Assembly (NCBI GenBank): GCA_041396725.1
Contig: JAWKYA010000005.1
Span: 7,250 to 71,249 of the forward strand
DNA: 64,000 nucleotides
Direction of reading: 5' to 3'
Source: Alphaproteobacteria bacterium
Lineage (GTDB): Bacteria > Pseudomonadota > Alphaproteobacteria > JAWKYA01
This document shows, one piece after another, positions 47,593 to 57,983 of this stretch. Below the pieces are notes generated by a model. That model worked only from the letters and a program-made list of their open reading frames with translations. It was not told the DNA's origin and did no database searches. The translations under genes were made by a program, and so were the position numbers. Positions within the stretch are counted from its first letter, which is position 1, and each line of letters starts with the position of its first letter.

Positions 47593-50421
47593 GTGAGTGA
47601 CGATCAAGGAGTAGCCCCTCCCAGCATGCCGCCTAAGCAAGATATTGCCCCGATTGCTATCGAAGAGGAAATGCGGCGGTCGTACCTTGATTATGCAATG
47701 AGTGTCATCGTTAGTCGGGCGCTCCCTGATGCGCGCGATGGGCTTAAACCTGTGCACCGACGAATCCTTTATGCCATGAAGGAAAATGGCTATACCCACG
47801 ATAAGCCATTTCGAAAATCAGCCCGCATTGTTGGCGATGTCATGGGTAAGTATCACCCTCATGGCGATGCGGCGATTTATGATGCCATGGTCCGTATGGC
47901 GCAAGATTTCTCGATGCGGTTACCCCTAATAAATGGTCAAGGAAACTTTGGATCAATGGATGGGGATCCGCCAGCAGCAATGCGGTATACCGAAGCTCGA
48001 TTAGCGCTATCGGCAGAGGCTATGCTGGACGATATCGACAAAGAGACTGTCGATTTTCAAAACAATTATGATGATAGCGATAAAGAACCTGTCGTTATAC
48101 CTTCTCGTATTCCCAATCTTTTAGTGAATGGCGCGGGCGGTATCGCAGTTGGTATGGCAACGAACATCCCTCCGCATAACCTGGGCGAGGTTATCGATGC
48201 TTGTTGCGCCTATTTGGATGATCCAGAAATTTCCTACGAAGCCTTGATGAAATTTGTTCCTGGCCCTGATTTTCCAACAGGGGGTGTTCTCTTGGGGCAA
48301 TCTGGGGTTCGTTCTGCTTATGCAACAGGTCGTGGATCGATTATTATTCGCGGTAAGGTTGATATAGAAAACTTTGCTAAGGATCGGGAAGCGATCATTA
48401 TCTCTGAGGTTCCGTTCCAAGTAAATAAGGCGCGGATGCTGGAACGTATCGCGGAGTGTGTCCAAGAGAAACTCATTGAAGGAATATCCGAACTTCGCGA
48501 TGAATCGGATCGTGATGGTGTGCGGGTAGTGATTGAGTTAAAGCGCGATGCGCAAGCGGATATTGTCCTCAATCAGCTCTATCGATTTACACCGCTGCAG
48601 ACCAGCTTTGGTGTGAATATGCTTGCTCTTAACGGCCGTCAACCCGAGATGATGGGGTTGAAGGAAATGGTTGCGGCGTTTGTAAACTTTCGTGAGGAAG
48701 TTATTACGCGGCGGACGATCTATGAGTTACGAAAGGCTCGGGAAAGAGCGCATATCTTAGCAGGATTATTAGTTGCTATTGGCAATATTGATCCTGTGAT
48801 TGCTTTGATCCGGGCAGCCCCCGATCCTCAGGCGGCGCGTGATGGATTAACGGGCCGCACATGGCCAGCAGCAGATATTGCTGAGTTTATCGAACTGATC
48901 GATGATCCAGGGCATAAGGTTGAAGAGGGAAATTATCGGCTTTCAGAAATGCAGGCGCGGGCAATTCTGGATTTACGGTTGCAACGCTTAACAGGACTCG
49001 AGCGCGATAAATTGATTGAGGAAACGCGCGAACTTGCAGGAAAAATTGAAGATTATCTCGAAATACTGAGATCTACGGAACGTCGTAAATCGGTCTTACG
49101 GGAAGAGCTATTAGATGTGCGATCGCGGTTTGCGAATCCTCGGCGAACACGTCTTGATGAATCGGATGCTGATCAGGATGACGAGGATTTAATCCCACGT
49201 GAAACTATGGTCGTGACGGTCAGCCATGGAGGCTATATCAAGCGCGTTGCTGAATCGACCTATCGAGCGCAGCGTCGCGGTGGTAAGGGGCGCTCTGGGA
49301 TGGCGACACGCGAAGAAGATTTCGTCTCGGATCTGTTTGTTGCCAATACCCATACGCCAGTTTTGTTCTTCTCGTCACTGGGCATGGTGTACAAGCTGAA
49401 GGTCTGGCGCCTACCACTGGGAACACCGCAAGCGCGTGGGAAGGCTCTGGTTAATCTACTTCCTCTTAGTGAGGGAGAGACCATTTCCACAGTTATGCCT
49501 CTTCCCGAAGATGAGGCGACCTGGGGTGATTTAGATGTCATGTTCGCCACGGCAAGCGGAAATGTGCGGCGTAATTCACTAGAAGATTTCGTCCAAGTAA
49601 AAGCCAACGGCAAGATCGCCATGAAATTGGAAGATGGCGATAAGCTGATCGGTGTTGCGACTTGCACCATCGATGACGATGTACTTTTGGCAAGTCGGGA
49701 TGGCAAATGTATTCGTTTTGCAGTTACCGATGTTCGGCAATTTGTCGGCCGTAACTCGGTAGGCGTGCGGGGAATAGATTTAGCTGATGGGGATACGGTT
49801 ATTTCTATGTCAATCTTGCGTCATGTGAAGGTAGAAACCGAAGAGCGCATGACGTACCTCAAGCAAACAAGAGCTATTCGTAAGGCACGCAGTGGCGGTG
49901 GCGCGACCCCTGAAGATGGTGAGAGTGCTGAGGACGCAACAGCTAGTGATGCTGTTTTACCGCCAGAGCGCATAGCAGAGCTTAGTGCAGTTGAGCAGTT
50001 TATTCTGTCCATTGCGGAAGATGGGCTAGGTAAGCAGACCTCTGCGTATGAGTATCGTATTACTGGGCGTGGTGGGAAAGGTATCGAAAATCTCGAGTTA
50101 CGCCGCCAACAGGAGCGCACAAATACTGTTGCTGTTTTACCGGTTGAGCTTTTAGACGATATTATGCTTGTAACAGATGGTGGTCAGGTAATTCGCTGTC
50201 CTGTCCAGGGGATTAGTACAACTGGGCGGCGGACCCGTGGTGTGACGGTTTTTCGGGTTGCGGAAGGTGAAAAGGTTGTTTCTGTAACACGGATTGCTAA
50301 GTCCGAAGCTGAGACCGAAGAAGAAGTCGATGAATCCTCCAGTGAAGAAGACGCAACTGAAACAATAGATCCAGCCGCAGAAGATACATCCGAGACAACA
50401 GACGATCAGTCCGAAGCCTAA
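47593..50421 (+). CDS. gyrA: DNA gyrase subunit A
   Basis: 942 aa, GTG start. [16 protein letters not shown], catalytic AMRYTE, and an acidic C-terminal tail. Confidence 0.97.
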   Translation: MSDDQGVAPPSMPPKQDIAPIAIEEEMRRSYLDYAMSVIVSRALPDARDGLKPVHRRILYAMKENGYTHDKPFRKSARIVGDVMGKYHPHGDAAIYDAMVRMAQDFSMRLPLINGQGNFGSMDGDPPAAMRYTEARLALSAEAMLDDIDKETVDFQNNYDDSDKEPVVIPSRIPNLLVNGAGGIAVGMATNIPPHNLGEVIDACCAYLDDPEISYEALMKFVPGPDFPTGGVLLGQSGVRSAYATGRGSIIIRGKVDIENFAKDREAIIISEVPFQVNKARMLERIAECVQEKLIEGISELRDESDRDGVRVVIELKRDAQADIVLNQLYRFTPLQTSFGVNMLALNGRQPEMMGLKEMVAAFVNFREEVITRRTIYELRKARERAHILAGLLVAIGNIDPVIALIRAAPDPQAARDGLTGRTWPAADIAEFIELIDDPGHKVEEGNYRLSEMQARAILDLRLQRLTGLERDKLIEETRELAGKIEDYLEILRSTERRKSVLREELLDVRSRFANPRRTRLDESDADQDDEDLIPRETMVVTVSHGGYIKRVAESTYRAQRRGGKGRSGMATREEDFVSDLFVANTHTPVLFFSSLGMVYKLKVWRLPLGTPQARGKALVNLLPLSEGETISTVMPLPEDEATWGDLDVMFATASGNVRRNSLEDFVQVKANGKIAMKLEDGDKLIGVATCTIDDDVLLASRDGKCIRFAVTDVRQFVGRNSVGVRGIDLADGDTVISMSILRHVKVETEERMTYLKQTRAIRKARSGGGATPEDGESAEDATASDAVLPPERIAELSAVEQFILSIAEDGLGKQTSAYEYRITGRGGKGIENLELRRQQERTNTVAVLPVELLDDIMLVTDGGQVIRCPVQGISTTGRRTRGVTVFRVAEGEKVVSVTRIAKSEAETEEEVDESSSEEDATETIDPAAEDTSETTDDQSEA

Positions 50422-50442
50422 AGATCTAGGGCTGGAGGGGTT

Positions 50443-50952
50443 ATGGCGGGTAAAATAGGCGTCTATCCAGGAACGTTCGATCCAATAACCAAAGGGCATT
50501 TGGATATTATTCAACGTGCGGCACTTCATATTGTTGATCGATTGATTGTTGCCGTTGCCCTTAATGATGGTAAGGGTCCTCTCTTTTCGGCTGAAGATCG
50601 CGTCTCAATGGTTCGAGAAGAAGTAAATTCACTTGATAAAGTTATCTCAAGCCGTATCGAAGTTCGATCGTTTGACAGCTTGTTGATTCATTTTGCTCAC
50701 CAATGTGAAGCAAGGGTTATTATTCGTGGCTTACGGGCGGTATCGGATTTTGAATATGAATTCCAAATGGCAGGGATGAATGCGCGCATGGATTCGGATA
50801 TCGAGACAGTATTTTTGATGGCCTCGGATCGTAATCAGTTTATCTCATCAAGATTTGTAAAGGAAATCTCGCGTCTTGGAGGAGATGTAAGCCATTTTGT
50901 ATCGCCTCGGGTTTTAAAAGCCTTATCGGTTAATTTCCCTCGCCATCAATAA
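50443..50952 (+). CDS. coaD: Phosphopantetheine adenylyltransferase
   Basis: 169 aa. GVYPGTFDPITKGHLDII, and ISSRFVKEI. Confidence 0.93.
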   Translation: MAGKIGVYPGTFDPITKGHLDIIQRAALHIVDRLIVAVALNDGKGPLFSAEDRVSMVREEVNSLDKVISSRIEVRSFDSLLIHFAHQCEARVIIRGLRAVSDFEYEFQMAGMNARMDSDIETVFLMASDRNQFISSRFVKEISRLGGDVSHFVSPRVLKALSVNFPRHQ

Positions 50953-51031
50953 AGAATCCTTGTATTAAGCTATCTCGAAATCGAATGATTTCACCATAAT
51001 AACCTTACATAGAGAGATTTCCTTTCTATAT

Positions 51032-51107
51032 GAGCCCGTAGCTCAGTCGGTAGAGCACTTGACTTTTAATCAAGGGGTCGTGGGTTCGAATCCCACCGGG
51101 CTCACCA
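51032..51107 (+). tRNA. tRNA-Lys (TTT), CCA encoded
   Basis: GAGCCCGTAGCTCAGTCGGTAGAGCACTTGACTTTTAATCAAGGGGTCGTGGGTTCGAATCCCACCGGGCTCACCA. Anticodon loop CTTTTAA. Confidence 0.94.
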
Positions 51108-51126
51108 TGCGAATATAGCTCCTATC

Positions 51127-52131
51127 CTATATAGGAAGACCTTTACGCCAATCCTCAGCAAGATCATCTCGCATGAAAAGATGATCGCCACAGTAATATT
51201 TGTAACCTGGATAATGGTCTTGGCTTGCGACTTCGATGTAACCATGCGCCTTCATAAGTGCGCGAATTTCCTTAAGATTAGGTTCTTCACTAATTTCAAT
51301 AATCCACGATCGTACATGTCGAGTTTTAAGAAGTTCTTGCGCTCCACGCATCGCGCGATCTTCGAATCCATCAACATCCATCTTCACATGGGTAGCTATG
51401 GGTAAGTTATGGACCTGGAATAAGCTATCTAGGGTCACTGATTTGACCCACTGACTCGTAACCACGGGAATACCCTGTCGACCACCACGACAATAATCCT
51501 CTAAATTCGCAAAAGAATTATTCGTTGAACCGGGTAAAGGGCCGCTATGCATATACAGGCGCTGATATCTTTCAGCTTCATCGATAGCAGCATGGACAAC
51601 TTCGATTTTGCTAATATCTTTGCCAGAATGTTTGAGATAAGCGGCCGTTTTAAGGATGGTTTCGATACTTGGTGTGAAGGGCTCAATCATTACAATCTTG
51701 CAATTATGAAGATGAAAAACATGGAAGGATTCAAGGCCATTCGCGGTGCCGACATCATATAGAACCTCACACCGAGAAATTCTTTTCATCCACTGAAATA
51801 CTAAGTCTTCTGATAGTTTTTCCATGTTATCAGAAACATCAACATTCACCTTATCAAGATGACCAAATTGGTAGAATCGTCTGAGTTCACGATAAGATCG
51901 AATAACGATAGACATATAGCGTCCATCTGACATAGGACGGCTGGCAATCCAACTCCATAGTGACCAGTTAAACCAGATACGGCCGCGCCGTTTCAGAATA
52001 AATAGCGTGACGTCGCGAACGCGATGCCAGAGGGGTTGCATAGAATCAAAAAGAAACGAAGGTAATAACCGTCCTAGTTTATGGGCGAGAGTCTGGTGAT
52101 GATTAAGAGATTGTAGATGATTATTGGTCAT
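51127..52131 (-). CDS. FkbM-family SAM-dependent methyltransferase
   Basis: 334 aa. LYDVGTANGLESF...IEPFTP...ATHVKMDVDGFEDRAMRGAQELL is typical of the FkbM family. The start overlaps the upstream stop (ATGA). Confidence 0.7.
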   Translation of the reverse strand: MTNNHLQSLNHHQTLAHKLGRLLPSFLFDSMQPLWHRVRDVTLFILKRRGRIWFNWSLWSWIASRPMSDGRYMSIVIRSYRELRRFYQFGHLDKVNVDVSDNMEKLSEDLVFQWMKRISRCEVLYDVGTANGLESFHVFHLHNCKIVMIEPFTPSIETILKTAAYLKHSGKDISKIEVVHAAIDEAERYQRLYMHSGPLPGSTNNSFANLEDYCRGGRQGIPVVTSQWVKSVTLDSLFQVHNLPIATHVKMDVDGFEDRAMRGAQELLKTRHVRSWIIEISEEPNLKEIRALMKAHGYIEVASQDHYPGYKYYCGDHLFMRDDLAEDWRKGLPI

Positions 52132-53084
52132 GAACGTCTCAATTTTGCCTTAAGCCAGTTTTTGCAATGATCAAACAGGTAAGCTTTCTCAATGAGCATG
52201 ACGATTATGGGAAAGATCCAATGCTTTTGGAATCGGGACTTGCTGTGAGTATTGTAAGATTCAATCGATGTGGCACCGGCACCTAAAACGCGGATTTGAT
52301 GATCACTTAGGCCAGCAAGATCTGTACTCCAGATGGGCATAGGGCTGACCTGAATCCGCCCGAAGGTTTTTACTCTATAGTAGTCGAGGAGTATCACTAA
52401 CCGGTCTTTTTTTGAAGGATGATCGGGGCCATGGAACCCACGGTCATCGAAAAGAACAAGATCTCCCGCCTTGCCGTCACACCGGACACGTTTTGATAAT
52501 ATATCACGCTGTAAGTTCACAGGGTACTTCCGCAAACTTTGCCCATAAGGAGCGCCCATTGTATGGGTGCCATCACAATAGGTGAAAGCGCCTTCTTCCG
52601 TATCATGGAGATAGAGAACACCACCAATCCCAACCGGATCGGCCAGCTGCTCAGAGGTTAAACCTGTTTCCATGTTTCTGCTCTTTTTCCATCCAACAGC
52701 AAAGTCAGTATGTAAGGGAAAGTATGCATATCCGACTCCTTTATCGAATTTCAGGACTGTTTCAGCGAGAATGCACTCACTCTCCATCCGTGTCTCAATA
52801 ATATCGATAATGGTGGGATGAAGCATGAAGGGGATGGCGGCCCCACCCAGAATGAAGGGATTAGCAGTCTTTTTAGGATGATCATACTTATTATAGCCGT
52901 AAGAACCAGCAACAGCAGGCTTTTTAAGAACATGAGCGGCCCGTGATTGAATGTCGGCTAAGTCGGTATGGCTTAAGATCCCGCGTAGAATACAAAACCC
53001 CCGCTGCGCGAGGCATTCCACAACGGCTTTCTTATCGAGTGGTACAGAAGAGATATCAAATATTGTCAAAGGAAATACTGTCAT
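52128..53084 (-). CDS. PhyH-like 2OG-Fe(II) dioxygenase-family protein
   Basis: The realistic ATG at 53084 gives MTVFPLTIF. Candidate HxD (PLHTD) and a distal His (FHGPDH). The double-stranded beta-helix layout is guessed from motif spacing only. Confidence 0.5.
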   Translation of the reverse strand: MTVFPLTIFDISSVPLDKKAVVECLAQRGFCILRGILSHTDLADIQSRAAHVLKKPAVAGSYGYNKYDHPKKTANPFILGGAAIPFMLHPTIIDIIETRMESECILAETVLKFDKGVGYAYFPLHTDFAVGWKKSRNMETGLTSEQLADPVGIGGVLYLHDTEEGAFTYCDGTHTMGAPYGQSLRKYPVNLQRDILSKRVRCDGKAGDLVLFDDRGFHGPDHPSKKDRLVILLDYYRVKTFGRIQVSPMPIWSTDLAGLSDHQIRVLGAGATSIESYNTHSKSRFQKHWIFPIIVMLIEKAYLFDHCKNWLKAKLRRS

Positions 53085-53703
53085 CCGGTAAGTACAAGGT
53101 TGAAGAGTTAAATCCACAGCATAATGATAGACGACACCGATCAACACCACGCCACGGCATGGCTCACAGCGGAGGATACGTGCAATTTTCTCGTTGGATA
53201 CTCTGAGAAGCAAGGCTCTTTAGTGCAAAGAGATCAACAGAGTCGCCAAAAGACAATAGGCTTCTCACTACTTCACGAAAGCCGACTCGGCTGTCGTTAA
53301 ATGGCAATATCGTGTAGTTTTTTAGAAGTTCTATGCTCCAGAAAGTTCGCATTACTCTTAATATTTATGCACGCGTAACTCGGCCAAAAGGGTGTTGAAA
53401 TTGTTAATTTCCTGTCAGGAACTCTTCGGAATCTAGATTAAAATACGTATTGTAAGTACTTAAATAAAATAGATAATTTCATAGATTCTTGGATGATTTT
53501 TGCGGCCAAGATAGAGGTGCGGCAAAAATGTCATAGTCGCCAGAAGACCGCACCATCAATGTGCTTTTCAGGCTTGTTGGCCTTGACAGCCGACAGTGTT
53601 CTGAACAGTTTAGGGTTAGTTTCAACTAGGGCCCCGTGACTGGGATCAACTCCTCGTTGGCAAGCCTAAGTTTGACGTGTTGTCGCGTAGAAGGGGAAAG
53701 AAA

Positions 53704-54552
53704 ATGAATTTTCTTAAGCTGGCTGGTGTGGTCGGCGTTTGTATCGCTGTTTCAGCATGCGGGTACACGCGCCTTGATCGATTGAAGGAGTCGAAGCCGG
53801 AGGGGACAGAGTTTAACAAAGGACTCGTAAAAGAGTACCTCGAACTCTCGATCTATGAAGAAGAAGTTGAGTATGATTGGGGTTCTTCTGCCAATTATGC
53901 AAAGAAAGGTTTGATGGCTGCTCGTAATGAAGCGGTGTTGCCTGAAACTATGAAAGAGTATGGTGAATTGAACAGTGAAGAGACCGCAATGCTTGAAAAA
54001 GAGCGTGCGCGCCTCCTCAGCGTTCTTGATGGTGGTGCACGGACGGCGAAGCCAGCTGTTGCAGCTCATGCGCAAGCCATGTTCGATTGTTGGGTTGAAG
54101 AACTCGATGAAGGTCACCAAGCCAAGCGTATCGAATACTGCTCAAGCGAATATAAGAAGGCCATGGAAGAGCTTGAGCGGAAGCCTGCGCCACAGCAGCC
54201 TGCTATGACAATGCCAGCGCCTGCTGATTACCTTGTCTTCTTTGCCTTTGACAGTGCTGTCGTCTCTGACGCGGGTAAGAAGATTTTGAACGACGTTGTC
54301 ACCGACTATAAGAAGCGTGGCGCTTCTGCAACGATCGCTGTCAATGGTCATACCGATACGGCAGGTTCGAATGCGTACAACCTCGGCCTCTCCAAGCGGC
54401 GCGCTGAAGCGGTCCGTGCGGAACTCGCGAAGTTGGGCGTCCCTAACAATAAGATGGTTGTTACCTTCTTTGGTGAGGATATGCTGCGGGTTAAGACACC
54501 TGACAACACACCAGAAGCTGGTAACCGTCGTGTGAACATAACAGTGAAGTAA
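53704..54552 (+). CDS. OmpA-family peptidoglycan-associated lipoprotein
   Basis: The ATG at 53704 gives MNFLKLAGVVGVCIAVSAC (lipobox). C-terminal OmpA_C domain: FFAFDSAVV...NGHTDTAGSNAYNLGLSKRRAEAV. Confidence 0.88.
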   Translation: MNFLKLAGVVGVCIAVSACGYTRLDRLKESKPEGTEFNKGLVKEYLELSIYEEEVEYDWGSSANYAKKGLMAARNEAVLPETMKEYGELNSEETAMLEKERARLLSVLDGGARTAKPAVAAHAQAMFDCWVEELDEGHQAKRIEYCSSEYKKAMEELERKPAPQQPAMTMPAPADYLVFFAFDSAVVSDAGKKILNDVVTDYKKRGASATIAVNGHTDTAGSNAYNLGLSKRRAEAVRAELAKLGVPNNKMVVTFFGEDMLRVKTPDNTPEAGNRRVNITVK

Positions 54553-54578
54553 TTCATTCACTGTTCCCGAACGGGAAA

Positions 54579-54611
54579 GCCCCTCAGCCGAAGCTGAGGG
54601 GCTTTTTGTTT
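54579..54611 (+). terminator. Rho-independent terminator after the OmpA-family gene
   Basis: gcccctcagc cgaa gctgaggggc: a perfect 10-bp stem followed by tttttgttt. Confidence 0.88.
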
Positions 54612-54988
54612 AGCCCCACATTATAGTTATGTTTAGGTAGAGGGGGACACAGTGATCAGGACAACCAGGCCTATACGCTGATCGTCAGTGGCAGATGGAA
54701 AGAAAAGCAATATTCGCCAAAAAAGACAGGAAATCCGTCCATTAGGAAGAGGTACGGAAGCTTAGCGAGTACCGTAAACCTGCGCTCATTCACCGGCTTT
54801 TCGTTTTCTCAGCTTTGTCATTAACCATGGTTATCCGTGAAATAGAGAGATACGCAGGGTAAAGCCTCGCGGCTTTGCTATGGCCTCCATTAAGGGTACT
54901 TTTGAAACTCTAGGATCAATGAGGTGGGGATGTTCGGATAACCACCGTATTGCTATGAATAAGCGGTTATCCAAGAGTTAGTGCACGA

Positions 54989-56122
54989 TTATCCCGGAAT
55001 CTGCGCTGTGGTGCCAAGTTTTCGTTTGGGCCGGATATATAAAAAACTTATGGCGGCGACTAAGGGCATAAGGATGTTCAGATACATCAGTATCGTCAGA
55101 CTGGGTATCTTCGTAGCAATATTTGGTAGTGCTAACGCGAAGCTCTGAACGATAATCACGCCCAAAATAGCGCCGATGATACGATGAGAATGCCCCTTAC
55201 GGTTGAAATCACCGTGGAGTAGAGCTGCCAATGTGATAACGGTAAAGACAACGGTTAGCCAGGGATAAACAAGCCGTTGATGACCCTCCGCTAGGAGATT
55301 GTTGCGGTAGTTTTTATCATCGCTATTTTGCGGAGGTCGGAAAAGTTCGTGCATATATCGCTCGGGAGGCTCGCGCCAACGATTTAAGGTGGCATCGCCC
55401 TGATCGAAATTTAACTCGAGGGTATATCTTTCAAAATACACCATAGAGAGACCTGTAATCGCGCCAGTTTTATTATCGCGATCGACTTTCTGGAAGCTGC
55501 CGTCGACTAAAACAACCCGCGGATTACCTTCTGTTTTTACAACAGTCCCTGTTTCTGCAAGATAGGTAATTGGCGTATTGGGATCACGGCTATCGTGGAC
55601 AAGTAGGCCAGCGAGAGTCCCATTACGGTCCCGATTTCTAACAAAAATAGTTAATCCAGGCATGAGCTCTTTAAAGGTACCCTCTTGTAGGACAACATGA
55701 GCGAAGTTGTTTCGGAGATCGAACTCGAGGTCTTTAAATGAACGGAATGAGAGAGGGATGAGGTAGGTGTTCAATCCATATAAAATCAATGTAATAAGCA
55801 AAGCCAGGGTTAGCATCGGTTTTATAAGGCGCCACTCGCTAAAGCCTACGGCACGCAATACGATCAATTCATTATCGGAAATAAGACGGCTATAGACGAA
55901 CAGAAGGGCGACAAAAAATCCCAGAGGCAATACGATCAGAAGAAACTGGGGTAATAATAAAATAGTTAAATAGAAAAACATTGTTACAGGTAGGCCGCGA
56001 TTGACGATAAAATCGACATAGCGCAAGGATTGCGCAAGCCATACCGCAAGAGTAAAAGTTCCTGCGATACCCAGGGTTAAAGTTAAGACCTGTATAAAAA
56101 TATACCGAGAAATGGCGCTCAT
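54989..56122 (-). CDS. lptF: LPS export ABC permease, LptF/LptG (YjgP/YjgQ) family
   Basis: 377 aa. MSAISRYIFIQVL..., three TM helices, a periplasmic beta-jellyroll region, then three TM helices. No partner lptG is adjacent. Confidence 0.85.
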   Translation of the reverse strand: MSAISRYIFIQVLTLTLGIAGTFTLAVWLAQSLRYVDFIVNRGLPVTMFFYLTILLLPQFLLIVLPLGFFVALLFVYSRLISDNELIVLRAVGFSEWRLIKPMLTLALLITLILYGLNTYLIPLSFRSFKDLEFDLRNNFAHVVLQEGTFKELMPGLTIFVRNRDRNGTLAGLLVHDSRDPNTPITYLAETGTVVKTEGNPRVVLVDGSFQKVDRDNKTGAITGLSMVYFERYTLELNFDQGDATLNRWREPPERYMHELFRPPQNSDDKNYRNNLLAEGHQRLVYPWLTVVFTVITLAALLHGDFNRKGHSHRIIGAILGVIIVQSFALALPNIATKIPSLTILMYLNILMPLVAAISFLYIRPKRKLGTTAQIPG

Positions 56123-56213
56123 GATTTTAACATTTTAAACGAGATTGCCATTTACATAGCGCCGATCATCATTTTACGGAAGAAAATGCGCTCTAGCTCT
56201 AAAAATTGCCCTT

Positions 56214-56882
56214 TTAAGGGCGTACAGCACTCTTCTTGTCGTTGTCAGGGCCACCGAATGGAATGGCATAGGTAATAGCGAGTTTTTCGGTGCCGGGATT
56301 GCGTGGTCCAAATATTTCGCCGTGCGACATATGATGAAACGTCAAGGATAGCCGAGAAGCGTTATCAAACCGATAGCTTGCTTCAATACTCGAATGCAAA
56401 ACCAAGTTGCTACCGAGATCCTCTCCGTCATTTGGGATATAGAGGGCTGGGCCGGAGGTTGCGGTGAAAACTAGATGCTTTCCAACATTTAGGTCATGGC
56501 TAATTCCTGTATAGAGAGAGAGAGCTCCTCGACCTGTAACAAATCCCCCTACAATAGGTTTAAAGCGATAAAGGGTAAGCCCTGGACGGTATTCAGCACG
56601 AAACTCAGGCGTTTCGATGCCGTCGTCATCGATAACGTCCATAATACCAAGCCCGCCGATAACATAGTCTGTATCTTTATCAGGCTGAGGGACGCCAAAA
56701 ACAATTCCAATAAGGGTGGTTATCCCAATTCCTGCTGCTATTTCGGCAACCGAGCGATCTTGAGCATAGGCGTGGTTCGATACCGATCCTGCACACACAG
56801 CCAAGATGATACCCAGGCACCCTATCGCGATAAATCTATAGCAGGCCCGTAAGAGACCTACACGGCAGATTAAGCTATGCAA
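56214..56882 (-). CDS. Acyloxyacyl hydrolase / PagL-like lipid A deacylase-family outer-membrane protein
   Basis: 222 aa. Signal peptide ending AYAQD, beta-barrel alternation, a C-terminal HHMSHGEIFG...NPGTEKLAITYAIPF resembling the PagL H-x-S catalytic strand. Confidence 0.6.
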   Translation of the reverse strand: MHSLICRVGLLRACYRFIAIGCLGIILAVCAGSVSNHAYAQDRSVAEIAAGIGITTLIGIVFGVPQPDKDTDYVIGGLGIMDVIDDDGIETPEFRAEYRPGLTLYRFKPIVGGFVTGRGALSLYTGISHDLNVGKHLVFTATSGPALYIPNDGEDLGSNLVLHSSIEASYRFDNASRLSLTFHHMSHGEIFGPRNPGTEKLAITYAIPFGGPDNDKKSAVRP

Positions 56883-57002
56883 AATATCGCTCTCTTTTTA
56901 TGTGCATCCCTTTATGGAGGGGTACCTTAGGCGGCAAGCCAAATGAAATCAAGGCTCTACAGGAAATTCCTGCAAAGAAACAAGAAATTGGCGCCTGTGA
57001 GG

Positions 57003-57665
57003 CTAGGTAAGGCTGGGGCGACGGGCAATTAAGAGGGAATAAAGGATCATCATGAAGAATAGAGTTATCCCGGCTGAGAAGCTAATATCACTAAGGAAAT
57101 GCCCTCCAGCCATTAACCGAATAAGACTGATGAGAATACCCATGCCAAGCCCAAGAAAAATAGCTCGCTTATAGGGTTTTGGCCTCAGAAGACCAAAAGA
57201 TACAAAGCCAAACCCTAACGCAGCCTCGCCGGAGGCAAACGAGCAGTTGGTTGTGCATGCTACTGAGGGTGTAAACACAGGGGAAAAGGTCTTGTTTCCC
57301 CCTAATTCGACAATGTGAGAAGGTCGAGCGCGCCCCCAGTGTTCTTTCAGCATAAGATTAACCACCAATCCGGGCCCAATCAGAAAACATAAGTATATAA
57401 AGATAATCTGCCGCTTATCTAATCCAAGAAAACGGCGACCTTTGGTAATGTTTAAAACAAGGATAATGGCCAGCCCGATCCCCAATCCCCAAATGATTAC
57501 GGACATGAGAGTACGAAAAACCTCAGCCCCAGGATGATCGGTTAGGATAAACTGTGTGGGCGCAAGAAAGAAAATATTGCTAATTCCAATATCTAAGCGT
57601 GGAAAAAAATTAAGCCCCACGGTAAGTCCGAAGGAAATGACCATAAACCAAAGAATGATGCGCAT
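57003..57665 (-). CDS. PAP2-family membrane phosphatase (lipid phosphatase type)
   Basis: 220 aa, multi-TM. PAP2 motifs KEHWGRARP, SFASGEA and AGGHFLSD. The ATG overlaps the TusA-like stop (TAATG). Confidence 0.8.
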   Translation of the reverse strand: MRIILWFMVISFGLTVGLNFFPRLDIGISNIFFLAPTQFILTDHPGAEVFRTLMSVIIWGLGIGLAIILVLNITKGRRFLGLDKRQIIFIYLCFLIGPGLVVNLMLKEHWGRARPSHIVELGGNKTFSPVFTPSVACTTNCSFASGEAALGFGFVSFGLLRPKPYKRAIFLGLGMGILISLIRLMAGGHFLSDISFSAGITLFFMMILYSLLIARRPSLT

Positions 57666-57925
57666 TAGGCGCGATTTTCCTTCTGTATTGAGGGACCTTT
57701 TCGGATACGGAAAGTGAAAACATCGCCATCCTTATGCCAAGTTTCAATGATGTGACCGCTAGTCTGACAAAAATGCGTCATATCCAAATAAACTGCAGGA
57801 TCAGTTGCTAGAACGGTCAAAATGGCGCCCTCAGGGATATAGGTAAGTTGCTTTCTTGTTTTTAAAACAGGCAAGGGACATCGTAGTCCACGCGCATCGA
57901 GAACAGAATTATTTGAATCGTTCAA
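57665..57925 (-). CDS. TusA/SirA-family sulfur-carrier protein
   Basis: LDARGLRCPLPVLKTRK... is the CPxP motif. I place the start at TTG 57925, 6 nt after a perfect AGGAGG. The track start at 58027 would overlap the Crp-family gene. Confidence 0.75.
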   Translation of the reverse strand: MNDSNNSVLDARGLRCPLPVLKTRKQLTYIPEGAILTVLATDPAVYLDMTHFCQTSGHIIETWHKDGDVFTFRIRKGPSIQKENRA

Positions 57926-57983
57926 TGGCGTCCTCCTATAGCCAAGCTGTAAGTCGCCATTCAGTAGGTGCAATGAGGACCAA

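Noticed and set aside
53164-53352. 62-aa minus-strand ORF directly upstream of the PhyH-like gene, possibly its displaced N-terminus
   Set aside because: Joining it to the 52128..53213 frame needs a 2-nt change rather than the usual 1-nt one. The peptide has no motif I recognise, so it is left unannotated and mentioned only in the islet finding.
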